In this document: positions 47,501 through 59,717 of the stretch, in pieces
How positions within the stretch are numbered: position 1 is the first letter of the stretch
Layout of the letters: every line of letters begins with the position of its first letter
Source: the human T2T-CHM13v2.0 reference genome, Homo sapiens
DNA: 64,000 nt
Assembly (NCBI RefSeq): GCF_009914755.1
Contig: NC_060925.1
Reading direction: 5' to 3' (one strand)
The notes under the pieces: model-generated
Database searches by the model: none
The model's input: only the letters and a program-made list of their open reading frames with translations
What the model was told of the DNA's origin: nothing
Translations under genes and position numbers: made by a program

Positions 47501-49115
47501 AGCCTCCACACCCTCCCCTTCTTCCGAGAGAGTGACCAGCGAGGAGGCCGGGCAGCCACCCTCCAGCTTGTCAACTGCCCCCTGTGAAGGCCACGTCTGC
47601 CCCAACTGGCCACTCTCCCAGGAGGCCCGCTACCCAAGGGCCACAAGCCAGCCACAGGTGAGGATGCTCCTGCCCTGCAGGGGACCCTGCTCCCCTCTCC
47701 TCCAAAGCAAATCTCAACAGCTCCCCCGGGACCAAGGCTTGTCCCTGCACCAGGTGGCAGCATGGCCAGAAGGGAGCACATGGCACTCCTCAGACAGACC
47801 TGGCTTCAGCCCCAACTAGGCTGCTTGTGAGCTGAGCACCAGCAGCTGCTGGGTCTCCTCAACCTTGCTTTCCTCTTTCATGAAGCAAATGAAGTGTGGA
47901 GCTGATGAGGTGACGCAGGCAGAGAGTGGCCCAGAGCCAGGAGGGAGCTCCCAGCCTCCAGCCTCCCTGCTCTGCGGTGCGTTCCCACGGTGACTGGGGC
48001 ATGGGGCTGCTGCTGTGGATGCTGAGCCCCGGGCCCAGGCACCGTGAGAGTCTGTGACACAGAAGTCAGAGCCAAGAGGCTGGTGGGGCGCAGGGAACCT
48101 GAGTGCACCCCACCCCCAAGCACCCAAGCATGGGCATCTGAGCCCACTCCGCAGTGCTGGCCTGGGCCTGGGGAAGACAGGCCCCTCCCACTGGGCATGG
48201 AGCCCCCCCAACAATGCCAAACCCCCAAAGATGCAGAGCCCTCGCCCCACGCTGGACACTGAGCCTCCACGAGACGCCGAGTTCCCCCACAGGGTGTGCA
48301 GCCCGCAGTGAGCCTCCTGCAAGCCCTGTGCCTGCCGGTGCCCCGGGGTCCACGCGTCAGGGTCTCATGGAGCAGGGGGCTTGGAGCTGGCTCCTGACAA
48401 AGATGAGGTGGGAGGAGGGGACTGACCGTGGGCAGAAGGCCAGCCCTGAGGGGGCAGGTCAGGTGTCCTCCCTCCCCTCCCAGAGGACACGGCCAGGAAA
48501 GGCCACCCCGCAAGGCCACCTCCTCCTCACCCTCCCCTAGGAACAGAGACCACAGGAGGCTCTGCTTGGCCGACCAGTGAGCCACAGCCCCGTCCCGGAA
48601 ACCTCCCCAGCCTGCCCAGTCAGCCCTGGTATTTCCGCGTGAAACCAAAGTCAAGCGGCGCACATTGCCAAAAGATTAGACAAATGAGACGGAAAGGCCC
48701 TCGGGACATTTCTCAACTCCCACCTGTGGCCAAATGACAGCTCCCAAGAAGCCAAACGTGACAGTGGAGCCCACTCCATCCTGTGTGGACCCCACCTGTC
48801 CTCGGAACAGGGATGGGTCACCTCTGACCAGCCCGCAGAGGGACCACAGGGAGGCCTGGCCAAGGCCTGCAGCCTGGATGTCACAGGGCAATGACAGGGC
48901 AGGGGCCCTGGGGGGGGGGGGCCCTTTCGTCCACACGAGACAGACAGATCTCAGTCCATGGTCACTGCAGCAGCCCTCCCAGCCACCCAGCATCCAGGAA
49001 GCAGCAGGCACTCGCGGTGACTCGGCAGGGGCCGTCCCAGCTAACAGAGGACATTCAATAAACCCTCCAGCACCAACTGTCCGCCTTTCCAATGGCCAAT
49101 GCCCCAGGCTGCTGG

Positions 49116-49389
49116 CACCCAGCTCAGAACTCTGGGGAGACCCAGCACCTCTGCAGAACCCCTCCTCAGCCTGGTCCCCAGCAGAACGTGGAGTGGGCAG
49201 GAGTGTCACCCAGCTCAGAACTCTGGGGAGACCCAGCACCTCTGCAGAACCCCTCCTCAGCCTGGTCCCCAGCGGAACGTGGAGTGGGCAGGAGTGTCAC
49301 CCAGCTCAGAACGCTGGGGAGACCCAGCACCTCCGCAGAACCCCTCCTCAGCCCGGCCCCCAGCGGAACGTGGAGTGGGCAGGGGTGTC
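49116..49389. repeat. 91-bp tandem repeat x3
   Basis: CACCCAGCTCAGAAC...GGAGTGT units start at 49116, 49207 and 49298. Confidence 0.95.
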
Positions 49390-50285
49390 CTTCACAAACA
49401 CGGGGACCTCCTGATTCATCCGATTTCCTCGAATCGCCTCCTGCTGCCTGCCTGGGCACCGGAGTGCATCTCTCGCTCTGCCCTGGCATCTGCCTGGCAT
49501 GGAGCCCCGGTGGCCACCACACGAGCAGTCCCAAAGCCCCAGGGCCACTGGGAGTGTTTCATGCCATCGGGACGGCCGTGGCTCAGGCTGTCTGAGGCCA
49601 GGATGAAGAAACCCGGGACAGAGCAGGAAGCCACAGAGGAAGGGAAGACTCCCGCTTCCCATGGCCCAAATGAATCAGGACGAGGCTCTGCCGCTTTTCC
49701 CCGCATTGGCACGCACTTTTCTTTACAGAAATCCCGTCACCCCAGTAGCTTGCTTTCAGCCCATCCCCACTCCCTGCAAGCATCTCCTTCGCCACCAGCT
49801 CCTGCTTCAACCTGGTCTTCAGGGCCTGTGCGGGAGTCCCATTTACAGCTGTGCTGCGGTTACTCAACCAGTCGCCTCGGCTAAGACCCCCGGGTGTCCC
49901 CCATCTTTTAACACTGAGGACAACGACAGTTCAGCAAGGTGGCAGCACAGCTGGAGACCCTGGGACCTGGCCACCCCCTGCCTTTCTAGGGGGCCAGCGT
50001 CCCCATTTATAAACAGCAGGGCTGGACGCAGTGGGCGCTGAGATGATATGCTTCAGCGCCACCCACTGACGGGGGGTCTCTCAGGGTCACCCTTCCCCTC
50101 GACACCCTCAGAGGGGCTGCAGGGAACTGGTGGAGGGATTGCGGAATGTCCTCAGAAGAATGCCCGTTCACTCGGGGTGTCCCCTACACAGCTGTGCTGG
50201 GGACGGCCAGTGGCCGACACATCCCCGCCCCTTGCCCACAGGCTGGCCATGGCCAGGGCCTTGGTCCCCCAGGGGCTCCACTCAC

Positions 50286-50390
50286 CATACTGACAGCGGG
50301 GTCCCTGGAAGCCGGGGGGACAGTGACACGGCTGGGCTGAGCCTGGCACACAACGGCCACCGTGAAAACAGAGGCCGGCGCTGCATTCAG
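50286..50390 (-). CDS. MEGF6: MEGF6 internal coding exon, first EGF-like domain (AECSAGLCFHGGRCVPGSAQPCHCPPGFQGPRCQY); probably exon 4 of the long isoform
   Basis: 105 bp, phase 1-1. Acceptor TTTTCTCCTTCCCTCCGCAG| and donor ATG|GTGAGT. Six EGF cysteines. Matches the remembered MEGF6 sequence after the EMI domain. Confidence 0.93.
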
Positions 50391-52829
50391 CTGCGGAGGG
50401 AAGGAGAAAATCGGTGAGAGGGGCAAGGAGGGGTGAGGCAGGGGGAGGTGAGGCCTGAGGGTCTCTCGGGCAGGCAGCCCACCCAGCCTGCCAGGTCCCC
50501 AGCCCCGTTCTCTCTGTCCTAGGTCACACATTGCCCGGCCACCAATGGAGGCTGGCGTGTCCCCAAACTCCAGCCACGGCCACGTGCAGTTGGGGTTAGG
50601 CGGAACCCCTCTGGAGGGCAGTAAAGCCCTAACTCACTTCACCTAGATGGGGAGGAGCCAAGGGCATTTCCTGGGGAAGGTGGGCAGGGAGTGGGGTCTG
50701 AGAGGGGTGGGAGGAGGGAAGGTGGGGGTGCAGGGGGGAGGGGTGGGCTGCCCAGTGGTCAGCGCTGCACAGCTGCAAGGGCCGGCTGAGGACCCCCCTC
50801 AAGACCCTGATGGTAGAACCTACTAGGTTGGCCCCAGCCCCAGGAGGGGAGGCTCCGGCCCAGGCCAGTCAGACCCCAGGGAGGGGAGGAGGAAAGGTCC
50901 CGGCAGGTGGGGAGCCAAGTGTTGACAGCGGCTGCCCTGGGGCTCCCCAGGGAAAGCGAGGCCAGGGTGTGAGGGTGGAGGAGGCCACAGCTGGACCTGA
51001 GAGGCGAGGCAGGGGCTCTGGAGAGAGAGGGCGCCTTGTGGCTTGGCAGGCAGCCCCGTTACTGACAGACCCACACTGCCTCACTGCCCCCTCCACAGCA
51101 GGTGCCCCCCAGGCTGGACCGGGTGCCCCCCGGGGGCTCCAATACCAACTTCCTTCACCGGGCAGCCCCTACCCTGCACGTTACTACTTGGGAGGGCAGG
51201 GCCAGGGTGGGATGGCAGGGCCAGGGTGGGTGGGCTGCACCTCACCCCTGAGGGGTGCTTGCTGGGTGACTGCATGGTCAGCACAGTGACCTGAGACCCC
51301 CTGCCCCACCCCGGAGCCTGTGTGACCTGTGGGCTCAGTGAGTTTGTGTGTCACTCACAGCACCCCTGCCAGTAGCAGGGAGGGAAGCTCTAGACAAGGG
51401 GGCCCTGCCGGTGGCTGGGCTGGGGCTCCTGGGATTCCCAGGCACAGGTCGTGTCAGCTGAGAGGAAGAAGGACACTCAGGCACTCGTCGTCTAAGCAGC
51501 CCCAGACCAGGGGCTGTGCCCGGTGGGGAAACTGAGGCTCAGAGACTTCATTACCTGGCCTGGACCACAGAGTGAGCCATGACCGGCTCGGGCTTCAGGG
51601 CCTATGTGGCCATCCTGTTTACAGATATGCCCAAGGCCAGCACCCAAACCTGGACTTGGGGTCAGGAGGACCCGGCCTGGGCTGGCACAGAGAAACACGG
51701 GTCCCTGTGAATGCTTCTTCCTCCCACCCTCCTGCAATCACAGCCACTACCATTGCCCCAGGCATGGCGGCATCCCCTCCCCACCTGGGCCCTCACACAC
51801 ATCTGGCCACATTCAGGCCCCACCAGCCTCTTCCCTCCAGCCAAACACCTGCAGCCTGAGGATGTGTCCGAACGCGATAGGGTGGGGGCCAGGGGGCTGC
51901 AGGGAAGCCGGATGGAAGTTGCCATGACCCTGGAGGAAGCACAGGAAATTCCCCAGGGACCGGGGACCAACCCGGGGCCCAGTAACAGGAAACATCCGTG
52001 TCCCAAGTGTTGAGGCCTGATGCCTGCTGACTTGTGCAACTGCAGCAGCAAGCCAGCTGTGTTTAGTTCCCACCATGAGGAAGGTTTTAGGTTTTCCTTG
52101 TCCTGAAGACCTCTAGCCCCAAATAGCCAAGACCAATCACCCCCGGGTGGGGAGCAGGTGCCGGCCTGGAGACCACCCCTAGGATGCTGCCCTCCCCAGG
52201 CTCTGCTGAAGGACGGAAGGCAGGACCTGCCCAGATCTCGGAGCCTGGGGAAAAGCAGCCACTCACTGCCTCCCTCCTCCCACCCTGTTTCCCACGGGCT
52301 GGGCCCCACCCTCCTGTTCTCAGGGCCCCTCTCCTGGAGCCCGTGCACACCACCCTGTGTCCCTCCCCTAAACCCCATACCCTTCCCTCCCTCCCTGCCC
52401 TCCCAGGAAGCATCTGCCTAAATCTGAAACAAAGGGGAAAAGGGGCGTGCTTCTGAAAATCCCAGCCAGATCCAGCATCCCTGCTGTCCCGGCTGAGGAC
52501 ACCATCTCTCAAGGCAGGCGGAGCTGACTCTGCCGGCGGAGAGGGGCACACGGACCCTACCACAGATGCACCCAGCAGAACACCAGGCCCGGGGCAGCCA
52601 CTGCCCTCTCTTCAGTGTCCAGGACAGACATTAATCGTTGCTCTTCATCCTGGGCTAGAAGGAGGACACGGAGACCAATGATTAACGTCTGTCCCAGGCT
52701 GGGAGGGTACAGCCACAAGATGTTCCCCGGACCCTGGGGCAGTCACTGGGATGCGCACACAGCGAATCCTCCCAGCAGCTCACCGAGCGGCTCAGACCAG
52801 GGGTCTGGGAGATAGCCCCGTACGCACTG

Positions 52830-53485
52830 GATCATTCACCTGCATCCCGTCCAAAGCCAGTCCAGTCGGGTCCACCCTCAGGGTATCTTGAACACACCCA
52901 CGTCTCTCCACCTCGTCTCCGCCATGACACCAAGGCCACCGTCATCACCTGCCCTCTGCAGACGCCTCTTAGCCGGCCCCAGCTTCTCCTGCTCACTCTA
53001 TTTCCATTCTCTACCCTGCTGCCATAGTGACTTTTTAGAATACAACTCAGATCTTGGTTCCCCGGTTGCAAACCCTTCACTGGCTTTCCATTGACTTGGC
53101 ACAAAACACCGCGGCCCCCAGATCCTCCCTATTAGACCCCCGTCCAGCTCCTGGCCTCACCCCAGACTCAGCTCTCCCTGCTTGGGGGCCTCCCATGAGA
53201 AAGCTGCTCTCCGTGTGGACAACTCTTCTCTTCCCCAAATGTCACTTCCACAGGGAGGCTCCCTAACCCGTCTCCAAATCAGAGCCCACAGCGCCCCGCT
53301 CTTGCCCCCTCTAGTGCCTCTCAACTGTGATTAGGCACTCAGTTGGGGTGACAGCTCACTTCCCATGCCAGGCCCTGGGCTCCCTGAGAGCAGCCCCCAA
53401 CTCCATCTTGATCGCTGTCACGCAGCCAGTTCCGACACGCAGGTGCACCAGCAAGCTTGTTGATGAAGGGGTGAATGAATGAACA
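52830..53485 (+). mobile_element. L2 LINE remnant, very degenerate
   Basis: CATAGTGACTTTTTAGAATACAACTCAGATC...TGGCTTTCCATTG and terminal GTTGATGAAGGGGTGAATGAATGAAC, resembling an L2 3' end. Confidence 0.5.
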
Positions 53486-53721
53486 AACCACCGCATGGCC
53501 AGGCCAGCCAGGTGTGAGAGACCTGTGGATGCTCCTTGGGGAAAGGGAGGGTGCAAGGGGACGGAGGAGGAGGGCTGCCCATGGACTTGCTCCCAAGGGG
53601 TGGAAAAATACTACGAGGCTCTAAAACAAAGATGCGCAAAGCTGCGCTCCAAACCGAGAGCAGGTGTTCCTGGTAGACACCCCCATGCCGTCAGCATCCC
53701 CTCCGCACTGCAGCATGTGCT

Positions 53722-55808
53722 GACAACCCACAGCCACCAGACAACCCACAGCCACCAGACAACGCGCAGCCACCAGACAACCCACAGCCACCAGACAACG
53801 CGCAGCCACCAGACAACGCGCAGCCACCAGACAACGCGCAGCCACCAGACAACCCGCAGCCACCAGACAACCCGCAGCCACCAGACAACCCGCAGCCACC
53901 AGACAACGCGCAGCCACCAGACAACCCACAGCCACCAGACAACGCGCAGCCACCAGACAACGCGCAGCCACCAGACAACCCACAGCCACCAGACAACGCG
54001 CAGCCACCAGACAACGCGCAGCCACCAGACAACCCACAGCCACCAGACAACGCGCAGCCACCAGACAACGCGCAGCCACCAGACAACCCACAGCCACCAG
54101 ACAACGCGCAGCCACCAGACAACCCACAGCCACCAGACAACGCGCAGCCACCAGACAACGCGCAGCCACCAGACAACGCGCAGCCACCAGACAACCCACA
54201 GCCACCAGACAACCCACAGCCACCAGACAACGCGCAGCCACCAGACAACGCGCAGCCACCAGACAACCCGCAGCCACCAGACAACGCGCAGCCACCAGAC
54301 AACCCGCAGCCACCAGACAACGCGCAGCCACCAGACAACCCGCAGCCACCAGACAACGCGCAGCCACCAGACAACCCGCAGCCACCAGACAACCCGCAGC
54401 CACCAGACAACCCACAGCCACCAGACAACCCACAGCCACCAGACAACGCACAGCCACCAGACAACGCACAGCCACCAGACAACGCGCAGCCACCAGACAA
54501 CCCACAGCCACCAGACAACGCGCAGCCACCAGACAACGCGCAGCCACCAGACAACGCGCAGCCACCAGACAACGCGCAGCCACCAGACAACGCGCAGCCA
54601 CCAGACAACCCGCAGCCACCAGACAACGCGCAGCCACCAGACAACCCGCAGCCACCAGACAACGCGCAGCCACCAGACAACCCACAGCCACCAGACAACG
54701 CGCAGCCACCAGACAACGCGCAGCCACCAGACAACCCACAGCCACCAGACAACGCGCAGCCACCAGACAACGCGCAGCCACCAGACAACCCACAGCCACC
54801 AGACAACGCGCAGCCACCAGACAACGCGCAGCCACCAGACAACGCGCAGCCACCAGACAACCCACAGCCACCAGACAACGCGCAGCCACCAGACAACCCA
54901 CAGCCACCAGACAACGCGCAGCCACCAGACAACGCGCAGCCACCAGACAACCCACAGCCACCAGACAACCCACAGCCACCAGACAACGCACAGCCACCAG
55001 ACAACGCGCAGCCACCAGACAACGCGCAGCCACCAGACAACGCGCAGCCACCAGACAACCCGCAGCCACCAGACAACGCGCAGCCACCAGACAACGCGCA
55101 GCCACCAGACAACGCGCAGCCACCAGACAACCCGCAGCCACCAGACAACGCGCAGCCACCAGACAACCCGCAGCCACCAGACAACCCACAGCCACCAGAC
55201 AACCCACAGCCACCAGACAACGCACAGCCACCAGACAACCCACAGCCACCAGACAACGCGCAGCCACCAGACAACGCGCAGCCACCAGACAACCCACAGC
55301 CACCAGACAACGCGCAGCCACCAGACAACCCACAGCCACCAGACAACGCGCAGCCACCAGACAACGCGCAGCCACCAGACAACCCGCAGCCACCAGACAA
55401 CCCACAGCCACCAGACAACCCACAGCCACCAGACAACGCACAGCCACCAGACAACGCACAGCCACCAGACAACGCGCAGCCACCAGACAACCCACAGCCA
55501 CCAGACAACGCGCAGCCACCAGACAACGCGCAGCCACCAGACAACGCGCAGCCACCAGACAACCCGCAGCCACCAGACAACGCGCAGCCACCAGACAACG
55601 CGCAGCCACCAGACAACCCGCAGCCACCAGACAACGCGCAGCCACCAGACAACCCACAGCCACCAGACAACGCGCAGCCACCAGACAACGCGCAGCCACC
55701 AGACAACCCGCAGCCACCAGACAACGCGCAGCCACCAGACAACGCACAGCCACCAGACAATGCGCAGCCACCAGACAACGCGCAGCCACCAGACAATGCA
55801 CAGCCACC
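53722..55808. repeat. 18-bp VNTR, about 116 copies
   Basis: GACAAC(C/G)C(A/G)CAGCCACCA with no indels. Confidence 0.99.
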
Positions 55809-56896
55809 TGCAGCAGCCCGGCCTCCAGAGCTGTCGAGGGCCACGCCTCTCCCTCATTCACAGAATGGGAACTGGCAGTGAGGACCATGGCCATTTGCCA
55901 GCTGCCCAGCTTCCCAGGCATCTGCTCTAGGGTGAAACTGGGCAGGTCTGCCTCAAATTCCTAGACCTAAGGCTGGGAGGGCCCTTAGAGGCATCCAGGG
56001 TGCCACCGGCGCAGGACGGCAGGTTTGGGGAGGGCATGGCGGCATGTCCAGGCCATGTCTGTAGCCTCTTTAATGCCCCCCACTTTCTCACATTGGACTG
56101 AACCACAAGCAAACGCCTCTCCCAGTGGCTGGAGCTCATTTCCAGAATCGGGTTAACTGTGGAAAGGGGACTGGATTCCTCTCCAGGGACTCGGTTCCTG
56201 CAGGTGAAGACCTTGGGCCACTTCTCTGGAGCTGCCGCTTGGCCAGAGCCCTTGGCAACTTTTCTTCCTGCCCCTTGAACAACCCAGCCATCCTTTGGGA
56301 AGTTGGGGTGACCACCAGGCGGATCAAGCCTTCCTCTCCTCCTTCCTCGCCCACCACCCTGGCTCTCCAAAGGTGATCGCTGGAGCAGGGGCAGTGCACC
56401 CAGAACCTTCCAGAAGAAGGAGCTCCAGCTGCCACTAAGCATCACTCTGGACTCTGGTGACTGGCGCCACGTCTGTGCCTCATGGCCTGTGCTCCCCCAC
56501 ACCAGAGTCCCAGGGCAGGCCCACGTCCCCTCACCATGCACCAGCAGAAACCTCCAGGGGACAGGGACGGAGCCGAGGATCAGGGACTCCTGCCCCTTCT
56601 GCTGAGGACATTGAGCAGTCCCCAGGCCTGCATCTGAGACGGTAACCACAGAATCCAGGGTAGGTCTCTGCCCGCAAGCACCGGGGAGGCATGGGCGGGT
56701 GGTAAGGCCGCTGCCCTCAGCACCTGCACACCCCCTGGATGGGGCTCCCAGCCCGGAGGTGCCTGGGGACTCTAAGGCGTCACGGGGCTCCCCACCCAGC
56801 ACCCTACAGGGCAGCTCTTGTGCTGAAGAGGGAACAGAAGGAGGTTCTGGGCCAGGTGTGAGGATGGAGCTGCAGCCATGAATGGGAGCAGGTGTA

Positions 56897-58130
56897 GGTG
56901 TGAGTGACACACGTCCTGTGTGTGGGAGTGAGTGACACGTGTCCTATGTGTGAGTGTGAGTGAGGACACATGTCCTGTGTGAGGACGTATGTCCTGTGTG
57001 TGGGTGTGAGTGACACATGTCCTGTGTGTGGGTGTGTGGACACGTCCTGTGTGTGGGTGTGAGTGACACATGTCCTATGTGTGAGTATGAGTGAGGACAC
57101 TTGTCCTGTGTGTGGGTGTGAGTGACATATGTCCTGTGTGTGGGTGTGTGGACGCATGTCCTGTGTGTGGGTGTGCGGACGCATGTCCTGTGTGTGGGAA
57201 TGAGTGACACATGTCCTATGTGTGTGAGTGAGGACACACGTCCTGTGTGTGGGTGTCTGGACGCATGTCCTGTGTGTGGGTGTGAGTGACACATGTCCTG
57301 TGTGTGGGTGTCTGGACGCATGTCCTGTGTGTGGGTGTGAGTGACACATGTCCTGTGTGTGAGGACACTTGTCCTGTGTGTGGGTGTGAGTGACACATGT
57401 CCTGTTGTGGGTGTGACACATGTCCTGTGTGTGGGTGTGAATGAGGACACATGTCCTGTGTGTGGACACGTCCTGTGTGTGGGTGTGAGTGACACATGTC
57501 CTGTGTGTGGGTGTGTGGACGCATGTCCTGTGTGTGGGTGTGTGGATGCATGACCTGTGTGTGGGTGTGACATATGTCCTGTGTGTGGGTGTGAGGACAC
57601 ATGTCCTGTGTGTGGGTGTGAGTGACACATGTCCTGTGTGTGAGGACACTTGTCCTGTGTGTGGGTGTGAGTGACACATGTCCTGTTGTGGGTGTGACAC
57701 ATGTCCTGTGTGTGGGTGTGAATGAGGACACTTGTCCTGTGTGTGGGTGTGAGGACACATGTCCTGTGTGTGGACACGTCCTGTGTGTGGGTGTGAGTGA
57801 CACATGTCCTGTGTGTGGGTGTGAGGACGCATGTCCTGTGTGTGGGTGTGTGGACACATGTCCTGTGTGTGGGTGTGTGGACACATGTCCTGTGTGTGGG
57901 TGTGTGGACGCATGTCCTGCGTGTGGGTGTGAGTGTGGACACACGTGCTGTGTGTGGGTGTGAGGACACATGTCCTGTGTGAGTGACACGTGTCCTGTGT
58001 GTGGGTGTGACACATGTCCTGTGTGTGTGTGAGGACACATGTCCTGTGTGTGGGTGTGAGTGTGGACACACGTGCTGTGTGTGAGGACACATGTCCTGTG
58101 TGTGGGTGTGAGCGAGGAGACATGTCCTGT
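56897..58130. repeat. About 1.2-kb GT-rich minisatellite, about 20-32-bp units
   Basis: GACACATGTCCTGTGTGTGGGTGTGA recurring. Confidence 0.96.
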
Positions 58131-58921
58131 GCATATGATTGAGCATGGTGTGTGAGCATATGTCTGCACATAAGCATGCATGTGGCGTGTGGCCTTGTGC
58201 ACGCTCGAGTGAGCATGTATGGGCATGATCGTGAATAGGTGCTCACAGATGTGTGTGCGTATGCGTGTGTGTGTGCCAATCTGTGCAAGGCAGTGCATGA
58301 GTGAGCTCGTCTGGTGGGCGGCGGGTGCAGATGCAAACGTGTGCCTGGCACAGGGGTCTGTGAGTCTGGATGTGACTCCATAGGAGGAGAGACGTGGGGT
58401 GTAGGGGTGGGGGTCACAGTGGGACAGCAGGTCCTGCCAGGCCATTTGTGAAGCCCGTGCTGTGTCTGCATGGAGGAAAAGGGAGCCCAGAGCCTGGGGG
58501 GCCAGCTCAGCCAATTCCCACGCTGGGACTCGGGGCTGGCATGCGGCCCGAACGGAAAAGGAAAAGCAAATGGCGGAGGCAGGAAAATGGAGGGCGGCCC
58601 GGGGTCCACAGAGGGCCCTGCAGCCCCTTCCCAGCAGGCCCAGCCAACCAGGTGGGCAGAGGCCATAGGGCCCAGATGACCCAGGAGGGGAGGGAGACCT
58701 GCCGGGCCCGCCGGCCTGATGGTCCAACAGCTGGACATGGGGCCCCAAGCCCAGGCCTCACCCTGGCACCCCTGACTATAGGTGCCAAGGCCGCAGGTGC
58801 ACCAGAGCCCAGATCCAGGGCAGTGTCCAGCAGCCTGGACCCCCATCGATTCTGCCAACCCCACCTGTGTGCAAGGAGAAAGGCCACCACCCCCGTCCGG
58901 GGTTTCTGCAGCAACACAAGC

Positions 58922-59613
58922 TGTATATAGCACCCTTGACATAAGTAACTCCATCTTAGAGTCAGACTCTATTTCATATCTCACAGGGCACTTTGCCAAC
59001 AAGGACAAGCTGTCTGTTGCTTAATAAACAAATTTTAAAAATAAAGATTGCATGCAACACAAACAAGCACACTCTCCACTCTCAGGCCTCACCGAGGACT
59101 CCGCGGTCATAACACCAGCGGGCCTTCAGCTGCTGGAAAGGGCTGTCCTCGTGGAAAGAAGTCAGCATCTGCCCCGAAGGCTCTGCCACATCAGAGGCCC
59201 TTGTAAGGCCCACGGAGGCCGCCAGGGCCAGACCAGGAGATGCTTTTTGTCTTTGTTTGTCTTTTGTCTTTCCTCCCGTTGACCCTTTCTCCTATCTCTT
59301 TTTCTCCCGGTGTTCAATGTGACTTTGTTTGTTGTGAAATGTTTAACCTATAGCATTTATATATTGACTAAGTACACTGTGATGCATAGTTTGCAATGTT
59401 GACGGGCGTGTGGAGCGGCGGGAGCCTGCGTGCCTGCGGCTCTGACTACAGAGTGAACCGGAAGCACGAAGGAGAACCGCCTCCTCACGAACTTCATGGA
59501 GCTCACAGCCTCTGTGATAGAAATAGCATCAATAAAGTCTGACATTGTGGAAAGACAGGATCATGCTCATGCGTGGACCTGGCTATCTCTGAGCCTGCAC
59601 TGCTCATGAGACA
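58922..59613 (+). mobile_element. MER72-like ERV1 solo LTR
   Basis: Starts TGTATATAGCACCCTTGACATAAGTAACTCCATCTTAGA, like remembered MER72. AATAAA at 59531-59536; ends ACA; flanks AAGC / AACC. Confidence 0.8.
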
Positions 59614-59717
59614 AACCATCGCAACACCTCCCTGCAGACTCAAAGCCTGCGCAGGCCATGGATTTCCTGAGAATGTGTTTGTCCTCCCTGGACAGCTCAG
59701 CATCCCCCAGGTAGCAA

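Noticed and set aside
51070-51135. EGF-like-looking peptide HCPLHSRCPPGWTGCPPG
   Set aside because: It lies on the plus strand, opposite to MEGF6, and lacks EGF cysteine spacing and exon boundaries; chance match.
53722-55808. CRISPR-like regular array
   Set aside because: Units are contiguous with no unique spacers and no cas genes; the context is a human intron.
53495-55930. ORFs of 717-811 aa on both strands
   Set aside because: Produced by the stop-free 18-bp VNTR; no domain, splice structure or other coding signal.
56897-58130. p53 response-element array (GGACATGTGT)
   Set aside because: Mostly 9/10 half-sites spaced 20-30 bp apart, not adjacent decamer pairs.
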